From Klebsormidium nitens (Eukaryota > Plantae > Klebsormidiophyceae), in contig DF237128.1 in NCBI GenBank assembly GCA_000708835.1, positions 95,907 through 159,906 on the forward strand: 64,000 nt of DNA, given 5' to 3'. The notes below the pieces were generated by a model. The model worked only from the letters and a program-made list of their open reading frames with translations, searched no databases and was not told the DNA's origin. This document shows, one piece after another, positions 23,400 to 36,500 of this stretch. The first letter of the stretch is position 1. Each line of letters opens with the position of its first letter. A program made the translations under genes and the position numbers.

Positions 23400-25558
23400 C
23401 TAGATAAACCTGAGCTCGGTCTCGGGGTTTGCCAAGAACCTCGCCTTGTGAACCTCCCAAAGGTCCAGGAGAGCCTTCTTGTACTGACTGTGAACCGAGT
23501 CGACCAGCAGCTTGCCTTCTTTTGACTCTATATCGCCCTCGAACTTCTGTACATGGAGTGGTGCCCCTACCACTATGTTCATGGGCACCGCATATGGTTG
23601 CATTTTTACAAAGGGCATGAAAAAGATGCCTCTTCCCTTGAAGTCGGGGAGTGTAACGCCCCAAACGGTGAGAAAGTACCTGATAAGGGCAGAAACGGTT
23701 CCGTAAGCAAAAGCAACAATCATGGTTCGGAATAAAGTCGACGAAGCAGAGAAAGGAGACATTGGCGTGTCTCCTCCAGTGGTGCAAAGATCCAACATTC
23801 AAGTAGGGTGAATGTTGTAGCTGCCTCTCATACCTTCCTGTCTCTTTTTGAGCAGGTGACTTTATCAAGTCCTCCTAAATTGTAAGGTTCCAAGTCTAAA
23901 AGATCGTAGTGTCTCGGTCCTGATATATCTTGGGAGGATCCACTGGCCACCAAAGCGCTAAACTTTCAAAGCCGTTCCATCAGAGTGCACAGATTGGCAC
24001 GATCACTTGGACGAGATTCGGAAGGGATTCCACGCGCAGAAGCCATGCTTCAGACAGTACCCTGAAGTGACCCTGAACAATGCCACTTTGATGAGGGTAT
24101 GCCCACCTTTGTATTCGTCCCCATACAGATGCTGGGTCGGTAAGGACTGTGTCATACACGTCGTTCTCTCCAAAACTAATGACTGGAACCAGGCTTGCCC
24201 CGGTCTCAAGCGCCACCTTGACGAAGCCTTTCCGTCGTTCGAGCACGAGGTTCACGGTCCCAGGCTTGGCATACAGACTTTCGCGGGCACCTCCCACTGT
24301 CAGGACAATGGACTGGCCCCTGCAGTTGGTCAAAGTTAGAAGCTGTAAATGGATACTTATCATGAACAGTAAGAGTCATGGACATCAACGAGATTGTTCA
24401 TTGGTGTCACCCTGTTGTCATAAGATGGAAGCCATATATGTCTTTGAAAACTAGACAAACAGCTCAGCTGAGGATACACAAGATAGTCGGCTTTTCCAGA
24501 ACGACGTCCGAGCAGCTCATTTACCCACTGCTCGTAAATGCTGAATGGCTTTCTCGAAGAATGCTTGAAACTAGAAAGGACATTACCTTGCAAGGAGACC
24601 GACGCATGTTTCTTTAGCCGAGTCGCAGACGCCATGCAGGAGGAGGAACTCCCGCAAGAAGGGTGTCCGGAAGTGCGGCGTGAGCGTGAGAAAGTGAGGG
24701 TTAACTCCTGGATACAACTGAGGAAAGGAAGTTGCATCTGTGGCGAAACCGAGCCAGGCACCCTGGGCAAGGATGCCGTGGGGGTGGACGGCAAAGAGGT
24801 AGGGCCGGCTCGGGTCCAAATCTGCTGTTCGTATCATCTGGGCAGGAAAGTAATCTCTCATCCACTTCCACACACTCAGCCTGCAAGGAAATGGAAAGAC
24901 CAATTTGGGGTTGAGCACCACCATCTTGCTGTGAACAAACACAGCCTCTCTTTGACTCCTCCGGGGGCAAGTGGGCAGCATTCTTCATTGCGACAATCCA
25001 CCACCTTGTGATCAGCTGGCAACATGGTAGACTCACACTTCTTGCGCAGGAACAGCTTATGAGAAGAGGAAATCTTGCAAACCTTCTTGTAGCATCAGCA
25101 TTGCCCAGCTTGGGTGCAGTGGTAAATTGCTCAGCGACATGAGCGGTTGCCCTCACCTCTTCAGTGGGGCAGGCCATGATCCAGAAGATGCTGCCTTCCT
25201 TCCAAACAGATAGATGTGGAGAAGATAACTGCACGACCAAATTCGCTGAGTGATCCCTCTGCATGCAAGGGCTCACATTGCTGAGAAAAGACTGCCCTCA
25301 AAATCAAAGCTCACCAGAGAAGACCATACCACTTTTGCCTTACTTACATAGAGCACAAGTTTCCATGATGCAACATGCACCCGAAAGCAAAGTAAATCTT
25401 CAAATCACTTACATCATCATAAAGAACCGGGTGTATCTGTGCAAGAGCAGAGCTGCCGCCAGTATGTAGCACCAAATTCCCCCAGCAAAGAATATGAGGT
25501 AGAAGCAAACTCCCCATTGCTCCAACAGGCCTGCTGCCCTTTCATTGGTCCGTTTCAT
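23400..25558 (-). CDS. DGAT2: Diacylglycerol acyltransferase type 2 (DGAT2/MOGAT family); exons 25558-25413, 25228-25157, 24880-24587, 24319-24107, 23679-23400
   Basis: N-terminal hydrophobic segment, then [50 protein letters not shown] and IVVGAPL. All junctions are in phase. Confidence 0.93.
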
Positions 25559-25910
25559 CTCCTTTGAATGTTTGACAGAACTAGGGCTTAGGGTGTTCAA
25601 ATTAGCGACAATAGCATATTAAGTACGAAGAATTTTGTGGAGCTGAGAGGACGCAATTTGCTGATCACTTGCCACCTAAAGTGTTGTAGTGCGTCCTACG
25701 GTGACCTCCTACCTAGGTCCTTTTGTCGCTGAAACAAGCCTGTTGCGAGCACTAGCACGGCCATGCATGGCTGGCCGATCGAGCTGGGTACCGTAGTTTC
25801 TAGAGCCAGCGCTAGCTGCGCGGGCATCGCGCGCCGCGCCTTTCCGCTCTTCCATATCCAAACCCCACAAGGGTTCGGTCGCGCGCGCAGAATTTAAACA
25901 TGATCGAGCC

Positions 25911-25977
25911 GTCCGTTGAGTTAGATTGACCGCTCTCCGTTGAGCCAAAACGGCAGCGCCGATTTCAAGTTTTGAAA
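25911..25977. promoter_or_regulatory. Three MSA-like (AACGG core) elements plus a CHR-like TTTGAA upstream of TPX2
   Basis: CTCAACGG on the minus strand twice (CCGTT at 25913 and 25937), AACGG at 25949, and TTTGAA near 25971, about 300 bp upstream of the TPX2 ATG. Plant G2/M genes are known to be regulated by MYB3R through MSA elements. Confidence 0.55.
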
Positions 25978-26253
25978 CGATGCATTTGCGAAGAAGGGAA
26001 GGGAGGGAGAAGGCGCGCTCCAGCCGGACAATTGGTTGGCAGTGGTGCGAGCAGGGCGATAGAAGACGTTCATACTCGCATGCCGTGTTCTCTGACCAAC
26101 TGCACTAGGGGTAATTCTAGGATCTAGGATCTAGGGCTGGGCTTGTGGATTTTTAATGTGTTGAGAGATAAAGAGGAGGCAGGAGGCACGTTTTGGACCT
26201 TAACAAGCAGGCATCGGAGTGCCAAGCGGCCCTTGCTGATTGCAGCTTGCTAG

Positions 26254-29200
26254 ATGATGGCAGGGACAGAAGCATCCACCATGGACATATTCCAGGAAGA
26301 CATTGTCCAAGATGGGGGCATAGATCCTGCATATGAATTCTGTGCACCAAAGTTTTTTGATTTCAGCAAGCCAGACGGTGACTTGGACCAGGAAGCGATG
26401 CAAGTAGACACATGGTTTGATATGAAAACGGTGCCAGATGAGATATCACGTAAGTTCTCTCTCTGTCTGTCAGCACATGTTTGGCACATTGCCGCGATCA
26501 ATGGCGTCTGATCGCTGAGATGCACGATGTTTGCTAAGGAGAGGTGGTAGACCAAAGTGAATCCATCATCATCATCTGAAGAACAAAATCTTTTGCCTTT
26601 GCAGCACAAGTTGCCGCCAAGAGGTCAAAGCAGATGCACACAGGAAGCACAAAGGTGAGGATATGCTCATAATGTCCTGGGAGGTGGATAAATGATAGAG
26701 TGTAAGTTTCACAGCGGATGGTTAAGTTGCTATTATATCCTGTGTTAATTTGTTGTCTTCAAGGAAGCTGTTGTGGAGTCTTTTGATTACTGAAGTACAG
26801 CGTGTCTCATGCAGCCCCTGACAAGGAGTGCAATGAAGATGAAAGCTGCAAAGACTCCAGCCAAAACTCCCCTGCAGGACAGGTAAACATATGGGTTCTT
26901 GCTGTGTAAGGGGAGATTTCATGCAGTGAAGTCTGCTTCTTGGAGGTGGACCACTGTGGTCGATCAGAATGTTTGAAGGGCCTCTGAGCAGCTTTTGATG
27001 CTTCCAGGTGTTTCATGTCTATTTCAGGCGCGCTGTCAGCCACAGCATGATGCTGAACACAAGGACAATTGCTTCGTTTGCAGGACCAATATGCAGGTCG
27101 CTCATCCGCTCTCATCCCCTGCCTATGGCAAGTCAGCAGCAAAGGCAGCCCTTTCTCAGCAGATCATGGTAGAAGAGTCAGCAGGACACACACTTCTTCA
27201 AGGCTCCGATAAGAAGACACCCGGTAGGAAGGAGGTTCTGGAAGCTTTGGCAGCTGAGCACAGACCCATAACTCGATCACTGGTGAAAGCAGGCAGAGAC
27301 ACAGACATGCTGGAAGCGACCATCGAGGAGGCCCAGAAGGCGCTGCTAACCCCGGAAATGTTGCCTGCAAAGCGTCTATACTCAGAGCTGCAGTGGAGCG
27401 AGCAGGCAGACAAGCAAGACACCCTAGTCACCGCTGTAAATCCCGAAAGGTAAGCTTTGTGCTCTTCCAATGCTCATACGGAAGCTGCTTGAATTGCATA
27501 AGCAGCCCAACAGACCTTCAGGGCTCAGCGTTCCTGCCTTCAGCCAGGTGAGGAATGCAGAAACTCACCAGGGATGTATGAGTTCAAAAGGTTCAGGCCA
27601 GGATGAGTCTCCGCTATTTGGATGCAACAAGAGATCCAGTACTTAGGGCCCCCACTGTCCTCACAACATCCATATTGTGACACAGGCAAGGAGAGCCTTC
27701 TACGTCGGGTACCAGAGCTTTGACGGGAGCTGCATCCCGGGTCAACGAGGATCAGGAGAGGGCAAGGAAGAAGAGGAAGGTATCCAAAGACCGACTTGAA
27801 GAGGTAGACCCTTCTCCCACAATCCGCTTCCGTCTCTTTATTGCTAGACCACAGGCCCATTGAGTTTTGTTTATCACTGACACTGAGACACGCATTGGAG
27901 TAAAAGTATCCACAACTCTCTTCCACATATAAATTTGAGAGAACCAATAAACTAGTGCCGAAGTAGGTCTCCCCCCTCCAGTGAAACGAGTAATCGGCTT
28001 GATTGCAAGAGCAGAGGCAAACAACCAGGAGTTGCGCTGGCCCTACTGAGGGGCACTGCCGATATTGCTGCCTGGGAAGCCATGTATTAGTTGCGCATAA
28101 TGAGCATGCTGGCGCCACCTGAGAGATGAAAATATCAAACTCTTTCTTGGCAGATCCTTGGCTCGCGGGGGCCTGTCCTTCCACCCAGGTCTGCTGCACC
28201 TCTCACCATCCCGCATGAAGTCCACTTTGCCACCGAAGACAGAGCCCATCTCCGTGGTGAAAGCCCAATGGAGTTGCGGAATGGCAAGTTCGTGTCGCTG
28301 GCCGAAAGTGTCCAGAAGTTCCAGAGCAAGACGCCCACGCGGTTCCACTCCAAGCCCCGCAACCAGGTGAGCTTTCAGCCCAATGTAACTCACCGCCTTC
28401 GTGGCTGGATTCGCAGATGGATAACTTAAGTAATGTTAGCGGAGCATATCTTGGGTTCTCTTGGGGACTGTTTCCAATCAAGAGGATGAGCTCTGGACGA
28501 TCTGATTTCAAACGCCAACTGTTTGCAGGACCGCCCTCAACCTGGGGCCAAAGTCGATCTTCCCCTGACCCGCCCAGTAGAGCCCCAGTTCTTGACTGCA
28601 ACCAGGGTCCGGATGACAAGGTAGGGCTCTCCTCAAAGAAAATGCAGCAGACGTTTCGAGGCAGTCCCGTCAGGGGTGGCCCGTTTCTTGTTCAAATTCT
28701 TCCGGGATAGACCGAGCAGGTCTTGGAGATGAATTCACCAAGGTGAGGGCCTCGGCTTAGGTGTTGCATTCTGACATGCCGATTGGATTGATCAGTAGCA
28801 TTTATTCCTGGTTGCAGGATCAAAAGCTCAGCCGAGATTGAGGAGGAGGAGCTGGCAGCCATGCCCAAGTTCAAAGCCCGACCTTACAGCGACAAGGTAA
28901 GCTTGAATGAGCCGGAGGCATTACTTTCGCTTTGGAAGACGGAAACTATATGCATAGAGCCCAATGACTGTATGTACGAGATACTGATAACATCCTCTTC
29001 TCCTCAAAGGCACATCAAGTTTGCTTCAAAGAACAGCTCTTGTCGTCACCTCGCAGGTACGGCGTGGTGAGAACCTGAGCATTGCCAAGCCGGCCCAACT
29101 TCACGTCACCCAGCCAGAGGAGTTCCACCTCCTTACTGACGAACGTGCCAAGCTGCGCTCGCCCGCCGTCCCAACAGAAGATGTGCGAGTCACCCGAGCC

Positions 29201-31932
29201 ATGGTAAGTTTTGCGATGCACTGATCCACCCAGACTGAATCCTGGTTATTGACAGATCTTCTGTCTCCGCTACACTCCTGACCGGGCAGAACACATATGT
29301 TTGTGCACGTGTGCATTTTAGCAACCAGAATAGACGACAAATTGCACTCAAGTGGTCTCGTCTCTGCAGGTGGTCCAGAAGGAGGCATCTCAAGGCAAGT
29401 TCGACCCGCTTCGGCTTACCGTGCCAAAGTCGCCCCAGCTGACGACGGCGTACAGGGCTCGACCAGCAAGGTAGGGGCGGCCTTCTGAAAAATAAATTCT
29501 GGGTCAACCGCTTAACAATTACTGCACTTCACGTCACTCTTCAACAATCTTGCCCCTAACTCAAAAGCATGGGGTACTCATGACTGTGCCTCCAAGCCTT
29601 TCGATTGGAATCTGGCGCCTCAGTCAAAGTGCTGACCCAGCACTTGTCTTTGCAGAGGCACGAGCTCCGAGGAAGCGGAGCTGGAAGAGATTCTGAAGCA
29701 CCCCAAGTTCAAGGCACGGCCGCTCGACCGGCGGGTGCTGGACAGCTGTGGCGAGATGGGGGTGCCCAAAGTGGTCCCCGCTCCGACTACCAAGCCAGAG
29801 GTGAGCTACGTACAAACTTGGCGGCGCAGACCAAGCTAAGTACCAGGGCCTTTGAATGGCCGTCAGTGAGAAACTCAGATTGACCTGCGAGGATAGCGAG
29901 AATGGGTCCGAGCACCCCCTGCGAGTTCCAAGAATGCTTTTGATTTGTCTGGGGCTATGGCGAATTAGGTCGACTCGGTATGCCCTTGAACGATGGGAAA
30001 AGCTAGACTTATCCTGATTGTGAACGGTGGCAGTCGGAATGTTGCGTCTCAAAGCCTGCTTTTAGTTCCGACTGACTGTGCTTGACGCTCTCGTCCCGTG
30101 CTTGTGCAGGGCTTCCAGCTGGCCACGGACAGCCGCCTGGGGAAGCATCCATCCGAGCTCCCTGATCTGCCCGCTCGGAAGCGGCAGGCCCTGGCCCCGC
30201 TGACACGCGAGTACGAGCTGCGCCCACGAGCGCACGTCACCGAACCAGAGCCCTTCCCGCTCAGGACCGAGGTGACCACCCGCAACTCAGTGCACCCCCT
30301 GAGAGTTGAATGCCTCTATGTCCAATCCACCTTCTGACAGAAGGGGCGTTGGACTACTTTTCTCCTTTTGAAGCGACGTTGAAAATGTCTCCGTCTGACA
30401 TCTTCTCTTAGATGAGTACTGTTGGGTCGGGCCTACTGTCTGACCGGGGCCATGTCGCGATGCGCAGGACCGCGGGGCACAGAAGCGCGCCGACTTCATG
30501 CAGCGCGTGGCTGCCCAGGAGGAGGCCGAGCGGCGCCAGCGGGAGCACGAGGCGCAGCCCCTGCCATACACCACAGACTATCCCGACGTGAGTGCCAGAA
30601 TGAGTGCAGTTGGTCCGGGTGCGAACTGCTTTTGTCGGCCTGTCAAGGCTGCGCCTGACCTCTGTATTCCGCTGGAGGTCGCTCTTTTTATACAGCAGGT
30701 GTCGAAGAAAGAGATTGAGTTGGCACTTCCCTTGGACTCGGCTAACTTTTGAGCCCTGTCAGCGGAGGGCCCTTCAGACGTTTATTAACGATCCAGCACT
30801 TCTCTTGCTGCCAGATCCCGAAGAAGCCGCCCACCAAGGAGCCGACGCAGCCGGAGCCGTTCCCGCTGGAGAGCGTGTGGCGGCACGAGGTGGAGGTGGC
30901 GGAGCGGCAGCGCCAGCTGGAGGAGCAGGCCCGGCGCGAGCGGCAGGCACACCAGTTCAAAGCGCAGCCGAACCTGTCGAAGGCGATCCCGCCGTTTGTG
31001 CCCGCGCGCTCCAGCCTGCCCCTCACGGAGAGCCGGGACGTGCCGCTGGAGACGGAGCGACGCGCCAAGGAGCGAGCCGAGTTCGATGCGGTGATGGCGG
31101 AGAAGGAGAAGATGGCGCAGGAGTACCGCCACGAGATGCAGGAGCACGTCAAGGTGGGTATACACCACGCTCTGATACACCCGCGCGCCTTGAGGTCGTG
31201 CCCGAGACTGGACGCTTGCTTGTTGCCGAAGACGATCTTGCAAAAAAAATGCACGACAAAGTGAAGGTGCCGCAGACTTGAAGAATTTTGACACCAGGTG
31301 TTGTTTGACATTAACCCCATCGCATATGATGAAAACGGACCAAAAATCTTCAGCCCTAACGTCTATATGAGTTCTTTCAGGAGTGCCGCTGAGTACCGTC
31401 AGGCCAGGTGGAGATACCTTTGCTTTTCAGGGATTTTGGCAGTATATGCCGCAACCTCAAACAGACTATGAACGCTTCGTAAGTGCCCTGCGAAGCTTGT
31501 TGCCGCCCGGTTTCCAATTGCCCCGTTGGCTGACTCGCATCACGGTTCTAGTCCTAAAGGCGACATTCGCTTGTGTACCTGCAGGCCGTGGAGGAAGAGG
31601 AGTTGAAAGCGCTGCGCAAAGAGATGGTTCCCAAGGCTCGCCCCGTCCCCAGCTTTGACAGGCCGTTCGTTCCTCAAAGGTATGTGGTCTTTTGACTGCA
31701 AAGAGATTGTACCCTCTGCAACTCTATTACGAACGACAAGGCTCGTATTTGGCTTCATCCATCATGAAGCAATTCAGCTGGTAATCCTTGTATTTGGATG
31801 TGGTCAGATCGCGCTTTGTTCCATGTCTCACGTGGCTTCTTTTCTGGCAGGTCTACCAAGGAGCCGACCGTGCCCTTGTCTCCGCCCATCACGCGTAAAC
31901 AACACCGGGATATGGGGGGCACGCTTAGATGA
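26254..31932 (+). CDS. TPX2: TPX2 spindle assembly factor (many exons)
   Basis: N-terminal Aurora-binding YEFCAPKFFDF...WFD, internal FKARP/FKAQP and FHLLTDERA repeats, and a C-terminal TPX2 domain ETERRAKERAEFD...EEELKALRKEMVPKARPVPSFDRPFVPQRSTKEPTVPLSP; stop at 31930-31932. Confidence 0.92.
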
Positions 31933-33541
31933 AGTGCGAAGCAGGGTTTACATAACCTGAAACCAGACGAGGTGGACTGGATTCGGTCGAAATAGTTTGG
32001 GTAACGACTGGCACGGACGGCTTAAACGATCTGAAACATCCTAGAAACCCTCAGCTGATTTGGTAACAGTTAGGTACATCGACCTGACTAACTTTATCCA
32101 TCTGCATGAAGTGACTCGTGCTTCCTTTATGCAAAACTTGTAAGCATCAAGCACGCGAGTGCATCCGGGAGAAGGATTGCAAAGCACCACCACTCAATGA
32201 AGCAAACGCCCTATTATTGTCAATCATGATCCAATGTTCCAATGATGGTTGACTTGGATCGAAAGAACGTACAATCGTGCCAACAATTTTGGTGAATGTC
32301 GCATTCATGCTGAGGTTGGTACAGGGATCAATCGAATCCGCTTCAAGTAGCTACAACTTAGTCAAGCTAGAAGCCATGAGGCTTTGCACGATCTCGAGGT
32401 ATTGCATAATTTGTATGGCTTCACTATGCTCTTGAATCAGTAAATGAGTTCTGGCGCGTTCGCATGGCAGGTAGCTATGGAGGGCTCAAAGCACGGGCAA
32501 TCAGTTGATCCAGCAAATCCACATGATGCATGAGCGTGCCTCTTCGTTGCAGTACGGTAGTTTTCGTTGAAAGATGAAGTGAGCCATGGGTTATTCGTTA
32601 ATAATGAAGAACGGCCGGCCAGCTTACATGTGTACGTCAAGCCAGCCTAGCGTTCTGGCGTCAGGCTAGGCGCCGTCGGGGCCCGGGCGTCGCCCAATGC
32701 GACCATGTCACGGTTGAAATCTCTCTCATGGATGTCAGTGCCTGGCCTCATGCACTGCAGCCCGCCGCGGCCGGCCGCCCCGCGAATTCAAATATCGAAG
32801 TCCTTCAATCACCTGTATCGACGGGTCAAGGCCTTCAAAAGTGAAATCGAGGGCCAAAAGCAATCATGTTTTTCGCACGCGCGCGATGTATGGTTGAAGC
32901 TCAATTAAATTATACAGCTAGGGACCTTCATCCGGTCAAGGCCTGTTGTCGGACTCGATTTCACGACAAGTTAATCGTGAAATACCTTCCTCCGGACCAG
33001 CGGACCTATCTAAGCCCTGCTCAGTTTTAAGGCCTCAGTCTTCTTTCAAACTTTTAAGTAGCCTAGGTCCTAGCCCCTAGCCCTGAGGTATGCCAAACTC
33101 TTGCTTGTAGTTCTCAATTACATCCATGATGCAGCTCTTTGAGCTGTGACACTGTGTCGGGTTGAGCTCGGAGGGTGGAGAACTGCTTCACTGTAATGCG
33201 GTACTTGACCGGGCACGAGAAGGACAACACTTGCAGGCTGCAACGACTCAAGAGCTTCCTCAGCTGTCTGAATCACCTGCAGTTAGTGGTTGAGCTCAGT
33301 CGATGCTTCTTTATGCCGGTCTTTATCACGTAGATCATGGTCTTTCATAGGGTGCGGGACAGTAAGAAGTCTTAGTCTAATACGGATCGCTGGCATGTAT
33401 GCGATCTTTTATTATTCGGGACACATGAAGGTCTCAAACAGCTCAACCCATCCTACTAGATTTTGAAGCACGTCTCAATAACTGCCCGGCACTTACAGCT
33501 TTCAGCTCTATAAGTTGTGCTGGCATCTCGCCAGCTGCACA

Positions 33542-36500
33542 ATGCCGAAGACCAATGTGCGTGTGTTCCTGCGGCTGCGGCCCACGGTCCACTCGTGTGA
33601 GTCCATTGTCCCGCAGCCGGACGGCAAGTCAGTCTGCATCCAAAACAGGAAAGGGGCCGCCCGGGTGACCGACGGGGCGCAGCAGGACAGCCTCCTCTTC
33701 AAATTCGATGGGGTTTATCAGGTGAGCTGGATACACATCCTCCAGGTCGTTGCAATTCGAGTCAACGTTTAGCTAATTAATGCGACCAGCTGATGATTAT
33801 TGCAAGATTTGCATTGAATCAAAGATGCATAAAGTGGAAAAATGTTGCAATAATCGCATTGACGTGGTGTTAGGTGCATTTAAGTGGCACAAGCTGTTCT
33901 CAGGTGGCGCCGCCACACCCCTCGGAACCAGCCGCCCTCCCAAGCTTCCGCCAGCGGACTTACCAAGCATCTGCATAACCACCACTTGGTCTTTGTGCAG
34001 AATGTGGGGCAAGACGCCATCTTTGACGAGAGCGCACGCGAGGTGGTGGACAGCGTGGTCAGCGGCTACAATGGCACCATCTTTGCATACGGCCAGACAG
34101 GGGCGGGGAAGACCCTCACCATGAGTGGAGACCCCAGGGTGAGCTGGTACTCCGCCACATGGCTTGCGTTGCCTCCCAACACTTTTCCTACGCGCCAACG
34201 CTCAGATTTGCTCTTTCCGAATTCTATAGGGCCCGCACATCGGGATCCCTCTCTATGCCAGAGGCAAGCTCCGTACAGACGGTCGACATACACACCAATT
34301 CGTCTTGCCAATCCTTCTGTTGATCAGTGCTTTGCTGCCTGCACAGGTTTTCAACCAGCGGGGCATCACACCACGGGCGCTTCACCAGATCTTCCGTGCG
34401 GCCGAGTCGAAGCCGGAGGGCAGCGTGCACGTGCGCGTATCATACCTCGAGATCTACAATGAGACTATGTACGACCTGCTGGCAGACGCGCCTGGGAGCA
34501 GCAACGGGCTGACCGTCACTGAGGATGCGAATGGAAGCGTAGAGGTGCGCTGCAGCAAAGGGGCGGTCAGCTGCCTTGAGAGGCACAACAATTGGCATGT
34601 CTACGGAAGGGCGATGGGGCGTCGTCTCTCCACGATGTCCTGGCAAATGCCCCGTGACGAGATTGTGGAAAAAGACAGCGCACCTTACGGCGCCAGGCTT
34701 CTTTTGCTGCGGGATCTTGCAAAGGCGCCAATCAAGGCAAAGCCCAATCTACCGCAGCGCAAAGTGACAAGAAATACATCGCAGCAGCGTTTCCACCCCT
34801 GCATCTCGTGACTGCGTGTGCCAGCCGCCCGTGCTATGTGTGCCTTCCCCTGATATTTTCGCACCCTGCTCCCCAGGTCCGCGGCCTCACGCGGCGCTCC
34901 GTCGCCTCCGAAGAACAGGCGCTGGCGTGCTTCTTTGAGGGCGAGGCCGCGCGCAGCACCGCCGCGCACTACCTGAACGCGGCCTCGAGCCGCTCGCACT
35001 GCATCTTCACCGTCCACGTGGAGGCCGAGGCGGGCGTCGGGGCCGCGGAGAAGGTGACGTCATCGAAGCTGCACCTGGTGGACCTGGCGGGGTCGGAGCG
35101 GCTCAAGAAGACGCACGTGACGGGGGAGAGCCTGCGCGAGGCGACGGCCATCAACAAGTCGCTCACGTTCCTGGAGCAGGTGGGCTGGGGAAGGAAAAGG
35201 CATTTCGTAATTAATTCGGGGTAGTTGAAAGTGGGCTCCGTTTAGAGTCGGTCCTCCAGGAAGTATGTAAAGTCAAGGAGAACATCAAAAAGGACCAGTC
35301 ATAGGAGGAAGGATGAAAGGAAGGAAGAGCGGGGCGATCGTGTAGCGGTGCAAAAGCCGATGTCGGCTGTCCGTCACCCTGCCCGAGTTGGACAGCTCCG
35401 GAGGGCGAGGTCTCATTCAAGGGTCGGCGTTGAAAGCATTCGAAACTGTTCGTCGAACTTTAAAACGGCGATCTCCTGATTGACGGCCAGCAAATTCTGC
35501 TCAAGGTAAAACTTCTCCCTGGCAAACGGGCAGGAAGCTTCACCTCCATATAAGCAACAACGCAAGCCTTGCCCTTTATTCCCTTGGACACTCATCTCCC
35601 AAACTCGCAGCCCTGAAGTTCTTTCTCGTACTGGCCAGGTGGTGAACGCCCTCGCCAAGAACCAGCCCCACGTGACTTTCCGGCAGACCAAGCTGACGTC
35701 CGTGCTGCGCGACGCGCTGGGCGGCAACTGCCGGACGGTGCTGCTGGCGTGCTGCTGGGCGGACGACGAGTTCCTGGAGGAGACGCTGAGCACGCTGCGC
35801 TTCGCCGCGCGCGTCAGGTCGCTCACTACAACTGCTACGGTCAGCGAGAAGACCGACCCGGCGACCGTCATACGGTAGGGGCCGGCCCCGCAAGTCGCCG
35901 TGCGGACACTTGGACTTTGCGTTATTGCTCAGAGGAGCATGCAGCGGGCTCCTCAGCGATCTGACTCCCTGCAAATGTCGAAGTGACGAGTCTTCATATC
36001 TGAAAGAGAGTTATTGCATTTCGCCCTCGACATGGCCGAAGTCAAGGGGTGCTCTCGCGGCCAGGTTATCGATTGCCGCAGTCATCACCTTGAAAACAAC
36101 AGCCTTTCACTTGCTTTGATAAACGATCCGCTGACCCCATAGCGTATGCACCGCAGGCGGCTGGAGCGGCAGGTGGTGGAGCTGAAGCAGGAGCTGGCCA
36201 TGAAGGACACGCTCAGCGGCAAGGGCCGCGTCTCGTACAGCGAGCCATCGTGAGCGCGCGCCGCATTCGCCCCCCCCCAAAATCTGTGTCTGATTTGTCT
36301 GCGGCTCGGATGAAGCTGTCTCCCTTTTCCTTCCCTCCGTTACTCTTCCCCTTTTGCTTCCCTCTTCAGTATTAGTTGATGCCCAGGGAAGCGGACATGA
36401 GGCGGCAGTGTGTGGAAAGGGAGCTTGCTGAGTATGTCTTGGCAAGTGAATGGTACGCGCGCTCTGACCCAGAGTCGCGATCCTGGCCCCTTGATCGGTT

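Noticed and set aside
31326-31391. ATGATGA...CTGA in a TPX2 intron
   Set aside because: No terminal stem or identifiable antisense element; expected by chance.
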